From contig JAQWAS010000005.1 of NCBI GenBank assembly GCA_028707495.1, forward strand, positions 1,065 to 65,064: a DNA stretch of 64,000 bases, written 5' to 3'. The notes below the pieces were generated by a model. That model saw only the letters and a list, made by a program, of their open reading frames with translations, did not search any database and had not been told where the DNA came from. Of this stretch, positions 18,770 to 29,881 are shown one piece after another. Every line of letters begins with the position of its first letter. Position 1 is the stretch's first letter. Made by a program: the position numbers and the translations under genes. The DNA comes from Patescibacteria group bacterium. GTDB taxonomy: Bacteria > Patescibacteriota > Patescibacteriia > UBA2591 > JAQWAS01.

Positions 18770-19384
18770 TTAATTTTTATCTAAAATTATAACTTGAGAT
18801 TCTTCGCCTTCAAAATCTTTACTTTTGGGAGTAAAACTAATTTCTTTGTGTGAACTATAACCAGATTCTTTTAAAAATTTATCAATCGACTCAAACTTAG
18901 ATTTTTTATCGTCATCTGTTTTATAATAACAGGGGATAATTACAGTCGCATCAATTTGACTAGCTAAATTAGCTGCTCTTTTGGGTTCTAAAACGCTATC
19001 TCCACCAACCGGTAAAATTAAAATATTAACCCCATCAAACTCTTCTAAAATTTCCTCACTTAGCTTTTCATTTAAATTTCCCAAATAAACTAAATTTAAA
19101 TCTTCCATTTCTATACGATAAATCATTTGATAATTTTTATCATTATAAACCGGCAAACCATAAATAAAAATACCAGCCTTTTCATATTCTCCCGGCTGAT
19201 CAATAAAGAGAATCTCTTGATCGTTAAAAGATTTTTTAAACTCATCTACCTTAACCAAAGTAGACAAAACAATATTGTCTTTTAAACTGGCTGACCGAAA
19301 ACTTCTTTCAGTTGGATTAATATAAATAGAGGCTCTTTTACCTTTGATAATAAAACATCCTCCACCATACCACTGTATATTCAT
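18770..19384 (-). CDS. Metallo-beta-lactamase-fold protein (degenerate)
   Basis: IQWYG..CF, PGEYE, ILPVGG, IIP. Confidence 0.8.
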   Translation of the reverse strand: MNIQWYGGGCFIIKGKRASIYINPTERSFRSASLKDNIVLSTLVKVDEFKKSFNDQEILFIDQPGEYEKAGIFIYGLPVYNDKNYQMIYRIEMEDLNLVYLGNLNEKLSEEILEEFDGVNILILPVGGDSVLEPKRAANLASQIDATVIIPCYYKTDDDKKSKFESIDKFLKESGYSSHKEISFTPKSKDFEGEESQVIILDKN

Positions 19385-19520
19385 AGATTTTAAATTTATT
19401 TAACTAAAATTAATAATTCACCCTAAGGGCTTGATTTATATATCTATTTATGATATCATACAGAAAACTATTAGTAAAGGTAAAAATATATTTAATTATT
19501 AATTTTTAATTAGTTAACTT

Positions 19521-20765
19521 ATGACAATTCAAGATCAGACAACTCAAGATCAAACAACCGAGCAAAACCAATCTTCCATGGAAGAGCTGCTCAAGCAAAA
19601 CAAAAATAGCTTTCAACTTTACAAGAAAGGAGATGTTGTTGAGGGTAAGATTATTGATATTTCGCCTAATGCTGTTTATGTCGATTTGGATGGTCGTGCC
19701 ACCGGAATTATTCGCGGTCGTGAATTAATTGACGAAGGCAATGTTTATAAAAATTTAGAACCCGGCGTTATTATTAAAGCCACGATTGTTGATTTAGAAA
19801 ACGAAAATGGTGAAGTTGAATTATCTATCCGCGAAACTAGTCATCAAAAAACTTGGCAAGAATTAGAAAAGCTCCGCCAAGAAGACAACACCGTTGAAGT
19901 TAAAATTCTTGATGCCAACAAGGGCGGTTTAATTATTTCTTTAAATCATATTCAAGGCTTTTTACCAACCTCGCAATTATCAGCTGAAAATTATCCTCGC
20001 GTTGATGGTGGCAATAAAGATAAAATTTTAGAAAAACTCAAGTCAATGGTTGGCCAAAAAATTAAAACTAAAATTATTGGCTTAGACGAAGTTGAAAATA
20101 AATTGATCGTTTCTGAAAAAGCCACCACCAAACAAAAACTACAAGAAAAAATGGCCAATTATAAAATTGGCGATATTGTTGAGGGTAAAATTAGCGGTAT
20201 CGTTGATTTTGGTGTTTTTGTTAAATTTGAAGATAATTTGGAAGGTTTAGTTCATTTATCAGAACTAGCCTGGCAACGCATTGGCCACCCGAAAGATTTA
20301 TTTAAAGTTGGCGATAAAGTTAAAGCCGAAATTATTAGTATTGATGATGCTAAAATTTCACTTTCCATTAAAAATCTAATCGAGGATCCATGGAAAAAAG
20401 TAGCTGAAAAATATAAAATCGGCAATAAAGTAAAAGGCAAAGTCTTAAAATTAGAACCCTTTGGTTTATTTGTCGAACTTGATCCAGACATCCACGGTTT
20501 ATGCCATATTTCTGAAACAAACAATCAATCAACTCATGAAATGAAAAATGACATTCAACTTGGCGATGAATTAGATTTTGAAATTGTCTCTCTAGAACCT
20601 CAAGAACATCGTTTAGGCTTAAGTTTAAAACAAAAAAGTGGTAAAATAAAAGCTGGGGATAAAAAAGCAAAAAATCCATCAACTGAAACAACTGACGAAG
20701 AATCACCAAGAGAAGAAGAGAGTGGTGAAGAAAATTTAGAATCAAACGAAGAGACTAAAAAATAA
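19521..20765 (+). CDS. rpsA: 30S ribosomal protein S1 (four S1 domains)
   Basis: Repeated S1 motifs FGVFV...EGLVHLSE. Confidence 0.9.
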   Translation: MTIQDQTTQDQTTEQNQSSMEELLKQNKNSFQLYKKGDVVEGKIIDISPNAVYVDLDGRATGIIRGRELIDEGNVYKNLEPGVIIKATIVDLENENGEVELSIRETSHQKTWQELEKLRQEDNTVEVKILDANKGGLIISLNHIQGFLPTSQLSAENYPRVDGGNKDKILEKLKSMVGQKIKTKIIGLDEVENKLIVSEKATTKQKLQEKMANYKIGDIVEGKISGIVDFGVFVKFEDNLEGLVHLSELAWQRIGHPKDLFKVGDKVKAEIISIDDAKISLSIKNLIEDPWKKVAEKYKIGNKVKGKVLKLEPFGLFVELDPDIHGLCHISETNNQSTHEMKNDIQLGDELDFEIVSLEPQEHRLGLSLKQKSGKIKAGDKKAKNPSTETTDEESPREEESGEENLESNEETKK

Positions 20766-20789
20766 TTGCCCTTAAATTTTTAATACGGC

Positions 20790-22634
20790 ATGGCCAAAAC
20801 AAAAAAAAATAACAGAAAACCCAATTCTGCGATTATAAAACAAATAATTATTTTTGTAATAGTTTTTTTGGTTTTAGCTGTTATTTTTAGTTTAGCTAAT
20901 TTAAATCAAACCACCAACGACCAAATTAGTCTTTCTGATTTTATCCAATTAGTTGAACAAGACCAAATTAATAAAATCGACATTCAAGAAAATGTTTTAA
21001 CCTTAACCCTCCAAGATGAAAGTCAGAGAATTTTATATAAAGAAACCGATGAATCTTTGGGTGATGTTTTTAAAAATTATCAGGTTGCTCCAGAAAAAAT
21101 TAGAAGTATTCAAATTGAAGTCAAAGAAAAAACTGGTTTAGAGTTTTGGCTCGTTGCTTTATTACCATTTTTATTACCTTTAATTTTAATTTTTGCGATT
21201 CTATATTTTATGTCACGCCAAGTTCGCAAAAACAATGTTCAAGCAATGATGTTTGGTAAAAGCAAAACTGAACGTTTTGAATTCAAGGGTCAAAAAATAA
21301 CCTTTGAAGATGTCGCTGGTATTAAAGAGGCTAAAGAAGAATTAGAAGAAATTGTATCTTTTCTTAAAACACCTAAAAAATTTACTGATTTAGGCGCCCG
21401 TATTCCCAAGGGCGTTCTTTTGCTTGGTCATCCTGGTTGTGGAAAAACTTTATTGGCTCGAGCTGTGGCTGGTGAAGCTGGTGTGCCATTTTTTAATATC
21501 TCTGGTTCCGAATTTGTAGAAATGTTTGTTGGTGTTGGTGCTTCTCGGGTTCGAGATTTATTTAACAAGGCTAAAAAAAATGCCCCGGCAATTGTTTTTG
21601 TCGATGAGTTAGATGCTGTTGGTCGCCATCGCGGGGCTGGACTGGGTGGCTCACATGATGAGCGCGAACAAACCTTAAATCAAATTCTTGTTGAAATGGA
21701 TGGCTTTGAAAAAGACACGAATGTTATTGTGATGGCAGCGACTAACCGACCAGACGTTTTAGATCCGGCACTTTTAAGGCCAGGTCGTTTTGATCGCCGT
21801 GTAGTTTTAAATTTACCCGACATTAAAGACCGTATTGATATTTTAGCCATTCATGCTAAAAACAAACCCCTAGCCGAAGAGGTTGATTTAAAAGAAGTTG
21901 CCGAGCGTACTCCAGGTTTTTCTGGAGCTGATTTGGCTAATTTATTAAATGAAGCGGCTATTTTAACCGCTAAAGCTGGTCGCAAAAAAATTCTCAAACA
22001 AGATATTTTTGATAGTATTGAAAAAGTTATGTTAGGTCCAGAACGCAAAAGTCACATTTTATTACCCGAAGAAAAAAAGATTACAGCTTATCACGAGGCC
22101 GGTCACGCTTTAGTTTCCCATCTTTTACCTCATGCTGATCCGGTCCAAAAAGTTTCAATTGTTTCCCGTGGCATGGCCGCTGGCTATACTTTAACTATGC
22201 CAGAAACAGATAAATCATTAAAAACTCGTTCTGAATTTGTTGAAGAATTGTCAGTTTTATTAGCTGGTTATGCGACTGAAAAAGAAATTTTACACGAACT
22301 CACCACTGGCGCCACCAATGATTTAAGTCGGGCAACTCAACTTGCTCGCAATTTAGTTACCCAATACGGCATGAGTGAAAATCTCGGACCACAAACTTTT
22401 GGTAAAAAAGAAGAAATGATTTTCTTGGGTAAAGAAATTCACGAACAACGCGATTACAGTGAAAAAATCGCTGAAAAAATTGATCAAGAAGTTAGTCAGT
22501 TAATTCAGACTTCATATCAAACTGCCAAAGATTTAATTTTAAAAAATAAAAATATTTTAGAAGCTATCGTTAAACAACTTTTAATTAAAGAAACTTTAGA
22601 AAAAAAAGAATTCGCTCAATTCTTTCTTTCTTAA
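20790..22634 (+). CDS. ftsH: ATP-dependent zinc metalloprotease FtsH
   Basis: [26 protein letters not shown]. Confidence 0.97.
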   Translation: MAKTKKNNRKPNSAIIKQIIIFVIVFLVLAVIFSLANLNQTTNDQISLSDFIQLVEQDQINKIDIQENVLTLTLQDESQRILYKETDESLGDVFKNYQVAPEKIRSIQIEVKEKTGLEFWLVALLPFLLPLILIFAILYFMSRQVRKNNVQAMMFGKSKTERFEFKGQKITFEDVAGIKEAKEELEEIVSFLKTPKKFTDLGARIPKGVLLLGHPGCGKTLLARAVAGEAGVPFFNISGSEFVEMFVGVGASRVRDLFNKAKKNAPAIVFVDELDAVGRHRGAGLGGSHDEREQTLNQILVEMDGFEKDTNVIVMAATNRPDVLDPALLRPGRFDRRVVLNLPDIKDRIDILAIHAKNKPLAEEVDLKEVAERTPGFSGADLANLLNEAAILTAKAGRKKILKQDIFDSIEKVMLGPERKSHILLPEEKKITAYHEAGHALVSHLLPHADPVQKVSIVSRGMAAGYTLTMPETDKSLKTRSEFVEELSVLLAGYATEKEILHELTTGATNDLSRATQLARNLVTQYGMSENLGPQTFGKKEEMIFLGKEIHEQRDYSEKIAEKIDQEVSQLIQTSYQTAKDLILKNKNILEAIVKQLLIKETLEKKEFAQFFLS

Positions 22635-22652
22635 AAAAATAAATAAAAAATT

Positions 22653-23606
22653 ATGTCTATTTATCGCCCCATTTTCAAACAGTCTTGGCAAATTATCAAA
22701 AAATATAAATTTTTATGGTGGTTTGGTATATTGATTACTCTACTTTCATCCACCGCCAATGAATTAACTATTATTATAAATAATTTGGGCAATTTGATTA
22801 ATGGTAATTTGCCAATGATGTTTTATAATTTATATCATTTACGTTTTTTAAATATGCCCGGTAGCTTTTTAGCTTTATTGTGGCAAATGCCAACTATAAA
22901 TTTAATTTTTTATTTAGGAGGTTTGGGATTAATTACGGTTTTTTTAATTTGGCTAGGCATAATTGCTCGCGCAGCTGTAATTAATTTTGTTTTAAATCAA
23001 CCCAACCAAACTAATTTTAAAAATCAGTTTCAGCAAGGCAAACAAAATTTCTGGCCATTATTTAAATTCACCCTAAGCGCTCGTTTAATTGCTTATGGTT
23101 TTTTATTAATTATTTTATCGCCCTTAATTTTGTTTAAAAATATACATAATTTTTGGATTTATTTAAGTTTTGCTATTTTTATTTTGGTAAGTATTTTTTT
23201 AATGTTTATTTTACGTTATGGCTCTATTTATGTAATTAAAAAACATTCTAATGTTTTAGAAAACTTAAAAAATAGTTTTAAATTGTTTAAAAATAATTTT
23301 GTAATTAGTTTAGAAATGATAATTCTAATTGCTTTAATTACTTTATTGATGGGTATTATAAGTATTGTTATTACTATTATTGCTTTAATTCCTTTAATTT
23401 TAATTTTTTATATTTTTACTAGCTTAAATTTAGTTTGGGGAATTAATGTTATTTTAACGCTGATAATAGTTTCCGTTATTTTTCTCTTTTTATTATCCAG
23501 CGCCATTATTCAACTCTATCAACAAACTGCTTGGGTTTTATTATTTGAAAAATTAGTTAGTCAAAGTATTAATAGTAAAATTAAACGCCTAATATCACGT
23601 TCTTAA
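22653..23606 (+). CDS. Hypothetical multi-pass membrane protein
   Basis: Long hydrophobic ORF downstream of ftsH. Confidence 0.7.
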   Translation: MSIYRPIFKQSWQIIKKYKFLWWFGILITLLSSTANELTIIINNLGNLINGNLPMMFYNLYHLRFLNMPGSFLALLWQMPTINLIFYLGGLGLITVFLIWLGIIARAAVINFVLNQPNQTNFKNQFQQGKQNFWPLFKFTLSARLIAYGFLLIILSPLILFKNIHNFWIYLSFAIFILVSIFLMFILRYGSIYVIKKHSNVLENLKNSFKLFKNNFVISLEMIILIALITLLMGIISIVITIIALIPLILIFYIFTSLNLVWGINVILTLIIVSVIFLFLLSSAIIQLYQQTAWVLLFEKLVSQSINSKIKRLISRS

Positions 23607-23879
23607 AAAATTAATTTAATTTTGTTGGTTAATAAGGTGTTTATAATTTGTTATTTTAAAATAGAATAAGTTGAGGATTAAAAATCTTATTTTGGCAAAT
23701 TTTATAAAAACCCAACTTTATCCACTTTTTATATTAATTTTATTAGACCTGATTTCCCAAACTTATACACACCCAATTTGTTTTTAAATCTAGTCTGATT
23801 TAATTTATTAACACAATTCACACCCTTATTACTATTATTATTTATTATATATATTTATCAATTAATACTAATACATTCT
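23607..23879. promoter_or_regulatory. Probable replication origin oriC
   Basis: DnaA-box-like TTATCCACT 23718, TTATACACA 23763, TTATTAACA 23805; then CCC, TAT-TAC-TAT-TAT-TAT trios and an AT-rich tract before dnaN; apparent skew change. Confidence 0.75.
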
Positions 23880-24995
23880 ATGAAACTCACTTGTTTACAA
23901 AAAAATTTATTAAAAGGTTTAAATACAGTCAATCATATTAATCCTGGTTCTGTAAGTTTACCAATCTTAAATAACGTTTTATTAAAAGCTGAAGATGGAG
24001 TTTTACATTTAGCAACTACCGATTTGGAAACAGGAATTAAAACTAATGTTCGAGGTAAAATTGAAAAAGAAGGTCAAATTACCGTGCCGATTCAACTTTT
24101 AACAAATTATATTTCACTATTACCAAACGAACAAATTCAAATTGAATTAGATAAGGATATATTAAAATTAAAATGTGGAAATAATCAAACTAAAATTAAA
24201 GGAATCGATTCTAGTGATTTTCCTTTAATTCCACAAATAGAAAAAGAAAATTGTTTTATTTGTTCAACTCAAGAATTTAAAGAAGCAATTCAAAGAGTAG
24301 CTTTTACAATTAATCCCAGTGAAGTGAGATCAGAAATTAGTGGTGCTTTGTTTAATTTTAATAATCCCGAAGAAAAAAAATTAACCTTAGTTGGCACTGA
24401 TTCTTATCGCTTAGCAGAAAAAACAATTAAATTAGAAAATGATTCTAGTTCACAAGCACAACAAGTGATTGTGCCTTACAAGGTTTTACAAGAAATGATA
24501 AAAATTGTAGATTTGGAAGAAGATAAAATAAATATTTACGTAACTGAAAATCAAATTTTATTTACTCAAGAAAACACAGAAGTAATTTGTCGAGTTGTAT
24601 CTGGTCAATATCCAGATTATAAAACTATTATTCCAACAGAATTTAAAACTCAGGTTTTGGTAGATAATAATAACTTAACTAAAGCCATCAAAACTGCCGC
24701 TTTATTTTCTCGTTCAGGAATTAATGATATTAATTTAAAATTAGACAATACTAAAAATAAAATCATTGTTTCTTCAATTAATAGTCAGGTGGGTGAAAAT
24801 ATAACCGAAGTCGAGGCTGATATTAAGGGTGAGGCTAATAATATCGTTTTTAATTTTCAATATCTTTTAAACGGTTTATCAAATTTAAATAGTAACGAAA
24901 TTAGTTTGCAAGTTGTTGATGAAAATAACCCTGGTTTGTTTAAGGTGGCCGACAAAAACGATTATTTGTATATTATTATGCCGATTAGACAATAG
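23880..24995 (+). CDS. dnaN: DNA polymerase III beta clamp
   Basis: LPILNNVL, ATDLE, GTDSYRL, YPDY, IMPIR. Confidence 0.97.
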   Translation: MKLTCLQKNLLKGLNTVNHINPGSVSLPILNNVLLKAEDGVLHLATTDLETGIKTNVRGKIEKEGQITVPIQLLTNYISLLPNEQIQIELDKDILKLKCGNNQTKIKGIDSSDFPLIPQIEKENCFICSTQEFKEAIQRVAFTINPSEVRSEISGALFNFNNPEEKKLTLVGTDSYRLAEKTIKLENDSSSQAQQVIVPYKVLQEMIKIVDLEEDKINIYVTENQILFTQENTEVICRVVSGQYPDYKTIIPTEFKTQVLVDNNNLTKAIKTAALFSRSGINDINLKLDNTKNKIIVSSINSQVGENITEVEADIKGEANNIVFNFQYLLNGLSNLNSNEISLQVVDENNPGLFKVADKNDYLYIIMPIRQ

Positions 24996-25047
24996 AATAG
25001 GTTGTAATAAATAAATAATAAATATTCAATCAGATAATTAAAATTCG

Positions 25048-25076
25048 AAAGCCCGAGTTACGCTAACTCGGGCTTT
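25048..25076. terminator. Intrinsic terminator after dnaN
   Basis: AAAGCCCGAGTTA-cgc-TAACTCGGGCTTT. Confidence 0.75.
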
Positions 25077-25124
25077 GTTTTTGTGTTAAAGATTTGCCGG
25101 GTTTTTAAAACACACGGTGTTTAT

Positions 25125-25307
25125 CTATTGAAAATAGATACGCCCGGTGCCTAGGTGAAAGAGGATTGTTTGACCATCTTTTTTAAGAGACAAAACTCTT
25201 TCGTTTTTTCCCATGCCGTCATTCCATGGACCTTGGTTTTCCCAACCTGTCGCCCCTAATTTTTCCAGGGTGGTTCTGTCACCATCTTTAAGATTTTCGG
25301 GACACAT
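25125..25307 (-). CDS. Small hypothetical protein
   Basis: Strong SD (AAGGAGG) upstream of ATG. Confidence 0.55.
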   Translation of the reverse strand: MCPENLKDGDRTTLEKLGATGWENQGPWNDGMGKNERVLSLKKDGQTILFHLGTGRIYFQ

Positions 25308-25482
25308 TTTTCCTCCTTATTTTTTGTTTTTAAAAAAGTACAACGTTGCTATTTTAGGGGATATGAAAATAAAAGTCAAGTTTAAAAGTAAATAACAATT
25401 TATAATTAATAAATTATTTAATTCATTAAAAAATTAATTATTTAATTAACTAAACTGTGGATGAAGGGTGGATGAATTGGGT

Positions 25483-25511
25483 TTGATTGAAAAGAGTGAG
25501 GGAGGTATAAT
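25483..25511 (+). promoter_or_regulatory. Sigma70-type promoter of hsdM
   Basis: TTGATT-N17-TATAAT; two DnaA-box-like GTGGATGA repeats at 25456-25475. Confidence 0.55.
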
Positions 25512-25608
25512 GGAGGAATAAAGAAATTGGTGTTTGATATCATGTTTTATATTTTTTTAAAATTAGTTACAAGATAAAAACACAATAACATTACTAAAAA
25601 AAGATACT

Positions 25609-27066
25609 ATGTTTGAACAATCATTTAAAAATATCGATAATATACTTCACACCGATTCTGGCTGTGGAACCGAGCTTGATTATGTGGAGCAAACTTCATG
25701 GATTTTGTTTTTGAAATATCTTGATGATTTGGAAGAAGACAAGAAAAAGTCAGCCACTTTGTCTGGCAAAAGTTATGAATATATTTTATCCCCGGAATAT
25801 CGCTGGAACAATTGGGCTTGTCCTAAAAATGTAGGTGGAAAGTTAGACCATAACAAAGCGCTAGATGGCGATGATCTGAAAGAATTTGTAAATAACAAAC
25901 TTTTCCCATATCTCAAAAAATTTAAAGCGGAAGACCCGAATACGATTGAATACAAAATCGGCGAAATCTTTTCTGAACTAAAAAATAAAATCCAGAGCGG
26001 TTACAAGCTACGAGAAATTTTGAATGTTGTGGACAGCATGCATTTTCGGCTTTATGAAGAAAAGCATGAACTTTCTCATCTCTATGAAGCGAAAATTAAA
26101 AATATGGGCAACGCCGGCCGAAATGGCGGTGAATATTATACGCCTCGTCCGTTGATTGCCACTATCGTGAAAGTAGTAGTACCAAAAATTGGCGATACGA
26201 TTTATGACGGTGCTTGCGGAAGCGCGGGTTTTTTGGTGGAGGCTTATAAGTATCTTACAGAAAATCAATCAAAATTGTCTTCCGGTCAAATGGCGACTTT
26301 GCAGAATAAAACTTTTTACGGCAAAGAAATCAAATCTCTTGCCTACATCATCGGCATTATGAATATGATCTTGCATGGCATTGAAGCGCCGAATATTCGC
26401 CACACGAATACTCTAGCAGAAAACATTAATGATATTCAGGAGAAAGATCGTTTTGACATTATTCTCGCCAATCCTCCTTTTGGTGCAAAAATAGGAACTG
26501 AACTTCAACAGAATTTTCCAATTAAATCCAGCTCATCTGATAATTTATTTTTACAACATTTTATCAAGATTTTGAAAGCTGGCGGAAGAGCTGGCATTGT
26601 TATTAAAAATACTTTTCTTTCCAATACTGACAACGCAAGTGTTTCGCTTCGCAAACTCCTATTAGAAAATTGCAATCTGCATACGGTTTTGGATTTGCCG
26701 GGTGGCGCTTTTCAGGGTGCAGGCGTAAAAACTGTGGTTTTGTTTTTTGAAAAGGGCAAGCCAACAAAAAGGGTTTGGTTTTATCAGCTTAATCTGGCGC
26801 GTAATCTGGGCAAGGGTCAACCTTTGAGTGAAGCAGATTTGGCAGAGTTTGTGGAATTGCAAAAAAACAAGGCGGACAGCGCGAATTCATGGTCAATAGA
26901 TGTGAAAAATGTTGATCAAGGCACTTTTGATTTATCGGTAAAAAATCCGAATAAAAATGACGAGGTGATTTTAAGAGAGCCAAAAGAGATTTTGGAGGAG
27001 ATGAAGAAATTGGATGAAGAGAGCGGAGAAATATTTAAAAATATCAAACACATAATTCATGACTAA
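25609..27066 (+). CDS. hsdM: Type I R-M methyltransferase subunit
   Basis: GEYYTPR, YDGACGSAGFL, ILANPPFG. Confidence 0.95.
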   Translation: MFEQSFKNIDNILHTDSGCGTELDYVEQTSWILFLKYLDDLEEDKKKSATLSGKSYEYILSPEYRWNNWACPKNVGGKLDHNKALDGDDLKEFVNNKLFPYLKKFKAEDPNTIEYKIGEIFSELKNKIQSGYKLREILNVVDSMHFRLYEEKHELSHLYEAKIKNMGNAGRNGGEYYTPRPLIATIVKVVVPKIGDTIYDGACGSAGFLVEAYKYLTENQSKLSSGQMATLQNKTFYGKEIKSLAYIIGIMNMILHGIEAPNIRHTNTLAENINDIQEKDRFDIILANPPFGAKIGTELQQNFPIKSSSSDNLFLQHFIKILKAGGRAGIVIKNTFLSNTDNASVSLRKLLLENCNLHTVLDLPGGAFQGAGVKTVVLFFEKGKPTKRVWFYQLNLARNLGKGQPLSEADLAEFVELQKNKADSANSWSIDVKNVDQGTFDLSVKNPNKNDEVILREPKEILEEMKKLDEESGEIFKNIKHIIHD

Positions 27067-28564
27067 TACTGCTATTAAAATTTATTTTTCGGACTATTTT
27101 GAAATAGACCATAGCAAGATAGAAAGTTATGGCGCTCTTGATATTTCCTTATTATCTGATAATCCCGCTTTCGTTGATCCATTCTTAATTTTTTATAGCA
27201 AAAATAAAGACTATCAAAAACTGCATCAATTTATCGTCAATTATTTAATCTTTTTAAAAAAGCAAAGCGATGATGGAAACTTCTCTCAACTATTCTACGC
27301 CTTTCCAGAAGTAAATGAGGTTTGGCTTGGCTTTTCAAAAAGTGGAAACAGGGGGCTTGGCTTAGGTAAATATTTTGCAAATGAACTAAATGAAAATCTG
27401 GTTAGTATTTTCAAGGGAAGTAAAAACAAAATCACAAAAAGTACGCATATTGAAAAACTTTGCATTATCGGAGAGCGAGTTGGCGCGGATAAAGTAAGCG
27501 ATTTTACATTAAATCTGATAAAACACTATTTAGTAAAGTATACTGAAAAATTTGCCACTGAAAATTTAGATAAAAAATATATTTCAAAATTTAGGGTATC
27601 AAAATTATACTTTGATTTTGAAAAAAATAACTGGGTAGACGGTGAAGCCACTCTTCCAATAAGTCCACATAATAAATCGGATTTTGTTTTGTTAACTCCT
27701 AAAGATATTTTGGTAAAAGAAGAGGGCTGGATATCTGTAAATGATTTTTTGAACAATGACGGGTTGATTATAAACAATATTCCAAATGACGATTTACGTT
27801 ATAAAATCAATCAGTATTTTCTTTCTTTAATTCCAGATAAGCGCAATAAACGAGGCAAACCGGAAAAAGATTTTTCAAAGAAAAACACTAGAACTGCCTT
27901 AAAAGAAACGGCAAAAAAATATCCTGAATTAATCGATTATTTCATAAAGTACAAGGAAGAAAATGGGCAGGGTGCAGTTGAAGCAAGTTTAATTGATAAC
28001 GATTTTTTAAAGCAAGTTTTTTATCTTGGTGTTAAAACGATTACAGAAAAATTAAAAACAGAGGGATTTTACTCGATAGATAAAAAGGATAATTCATTTT
28101 TAGAAACAGTAGATAAAATCAAAAAATTTAAATATGTATTGGAAAAAAGAGATGGTTGCGATGTATTTTGGGACAAAAATAAGTTAAGAAAATTTAAAGA
28201 GCCAGATGTAGACAAAATGATTGATTTAGTTTTCGCATCTTCTGATTTTTCCGTAGACAAGCAGGTTAATAACGGAAGAGGGCCATCTGATATTAAAGTT
28301 TCAAAAGGATCTGCTGATTGTACTATCATAGAAACGAAACTTGCTAAAAACACACAGCTAGAAAAAAATTTACAAAAACAGCTAAACATCTACAAGGAAG
28401 CAAATAATACAGCTAATGGTGTTTATGTGATTTTATATTTTAATGATTCTGAACTTAAAAAAGTGGATAGCATATTGAAAGGATTAAAAATGACTGAATT
28501 TGTTGATGAATGGATATTTTTAATTGATTGCAGAAAGAAAATATCTGCTTCAAAGGCTTCATAA
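27059..28564 (+). CDS. Uncharacterised protein with C-terminal PD-(D/E)xK-like nuclease motif
   Basis: NNGRGPSDIKV...IIETKLA...QL..Y; overlaps the hsdM stop. Confidence 0.65.
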   Translation: MTNTAIKIYFSDYFEIDHSKIESYGALDISLLSDNPAFVDPFLIFYSKNKDYQKLHQFIVNYLIFLKKQSDDGNFSQLFYAFPEVNEVWLGFSKSGNRGLGLGKYFANELNENLVSIFKGSKNKITKSTHIEKLCIIGERVGADKVSDFTLNLIKHYLVKYTEKFATENLDKKYISKFRVSKLYFDFEKNNWVDGEATLPISPHNKSDFVLLTPKDILVKEEGWISVNDFLNNDGLIINNIPNDDLRYKINQYFLSLIPDKRNKRGKPEKDFSKKNTRTALKETAKKYPELIDYFIKYKEENGQGAVEASLIDNDFLKQVFYLGVKTITEKLKTEGFYSIDKKDNSFLETVDKIKKFKYVLEKRDGCDVFWDKNKLRKFKEPDVDKMIDLVFASSDFSVDKQVNNGRGPSDIKVSKGSADCTIIETKLAKNTQLEKNLQKQLNIYKEANNTANGVYVILYFNDSELKKVDSILKGLKMTEFVDEWIFLIDCRKKISASKAS

Positions 28565-28569
28565 TTTAT

Positions 28570-29799
28570 ATGAAAATGAGTATTACTAAAAAAACTAACT
28601 GGCAAACAAAAAAACTTAGCGAAATTTGTGATTTTTTTACTGATGGTAATTGGATTGAAAGCAAAGACCAATCGTCTGATGGTATACGACTGATTCAAAC
28701 TGGAAATATCGGTCAGGGTTTTTTTAAAGATCGTGGAGAAAAAGCACGTTATATTTCTGAGAAAACTTTTAAGCGATTAAAATGCACGGAAATTTATAAA
28801 GGAGATATTTTGATTTCACGATTGCCCGACCCTGTCGGAAGGGCTTGCATCTTGCCTGAAATAGGTGAAAAAATGATCACCGCTGTTGACTGCAGTATTT
28901 TAAGATTAAATAAAAACACTTCCCCCAAATTTTTAAATTATTACACCCAATCAAATAGTTATTTAAGTGAAGTTGAGCAAAAGACGACAGGCACCACTCG
29001 AAAAAGAATTAGTAGAAAAAATTTAGGTTTAGTAAAAATTCCTCTCCCGCCCCTCCCCGAACAACACCGCATCGTAAAAATTTTGGATGAGGTTTTTGCG
29101 GATGTGGCGATGGCGGAAGAAAATGCGGAAAAAAATCTTCAAAACGCCAAAGAGCTTTTTGAATCGTATTTGCAGAGTGTTTTTGCGAATCAGGGAGAAA
29201 ATTGGGAAGAAAAAAGGCTTGAGGAACTTGGTAAAATAACATCGAGTAAACGAATATTCAAAAAAGAATATGTAAAAAACGGCGTTCCTTTTTATAGAAT
29301 TAAAGAAATTAAAGAGCTTGCACACAACAAAAATATTACACTTGAGTTATATATTTCCCCAAAAAGATACAAAGAAATAAAAGACGTTTTTGGAGTACCA
29401 CTGGTCGGAGATATCCTAATGACTGCAGTAGGAACGATTGGTGAAATATGCGTAGTAAAAAATGAAGAGGAATTTTATTTTAAAGATGGAAATATACTCT
29501 GGTTCAAAAACTTTAATTCAGTTGATCCCCATTATTTAAAATTTGTTTTGATGTCATTTGTTGAGCAAATAAATAAATTATCTAAAGGTTCAGCATATAA
29601 TGCTTTGACGATTGAAAAAATAGAAAAACACAGAATATTTCTTCCGTTATCAATTACCGAACAAAAATCCATCGTCGCTAAACTAGACGCGCTTTCTGCT
29701 GAAACCAGAAAACTGGAAACGATTTACCAACAGAAATTAGCTGATTTGGAGGAGTTGAAAAAGTCGGTTTTAAAGAGGGCGTTTAGTGGGGAATTGTAG
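28570..29799 (+). CDS. hsdS: Type I R-M specificity subunit
   Basis: Two TRDs; IPLPPLPEQHRIV and EQKSIVAKLD; terminal AFSGEL; ATG at 28570. Confidence 0.95.
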   Translation: MKMSITKKTNWQTKKLSEICDFFTDGNWIESKDQSSDGIRLIQTGNIGQGFFKDRGEKARYISEKTFKRLKCTEIYKGDILISRLPDPVGRACILPEIGEKMITAVDCSILRLNKNTSPKFLNYYTQSNSYLSEVEQKTTGTTRKRISRKNLGLVKIPLPPLPEQHRIVKILDEVFADVAMAEENAEKNLQNAKELFESYLQSVFANQGENWEEKRLEELGKITSSKRIFKKEYVKNGVPFYRIKEIKELAHNKNITLELYISPKRYKEIKDVFGVPLVGDILMTAVGTIGEICVVKNEEEFYFKDGNILWFKNFNSVDPHYLKFVLMSFVEQINKLSKGSAYNALTIEKIEKHRIFLPLSITEQKSIVAKLDALSAETRKLETIYQQKLADLEELKKSVLKRAFSGEL

Positions 29800-29800
29800 T

Positions 29801-29876
29801 TTTGTTAATCCTTGTTAACCCTGCTTGACATATAAGTTAACATCTGTTAACCTTATAGTATATTAAGGTTAACAAA
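29801..29876 (+). promoter_or_regulatory. Promoter with GTTAAC operator array
   Basis: TTGACA (29825)-N17-TAACCT; GTTAAC at 29814, 29836, 29846, 29868. Confidence 0.65.
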
Positions 29877-29881
29877 CATTT

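Noticed and set aside
28570-29799. Phase-variable hsdS shufflon
   Set aside because: Only one hsdS; no silent TRDs or invertase
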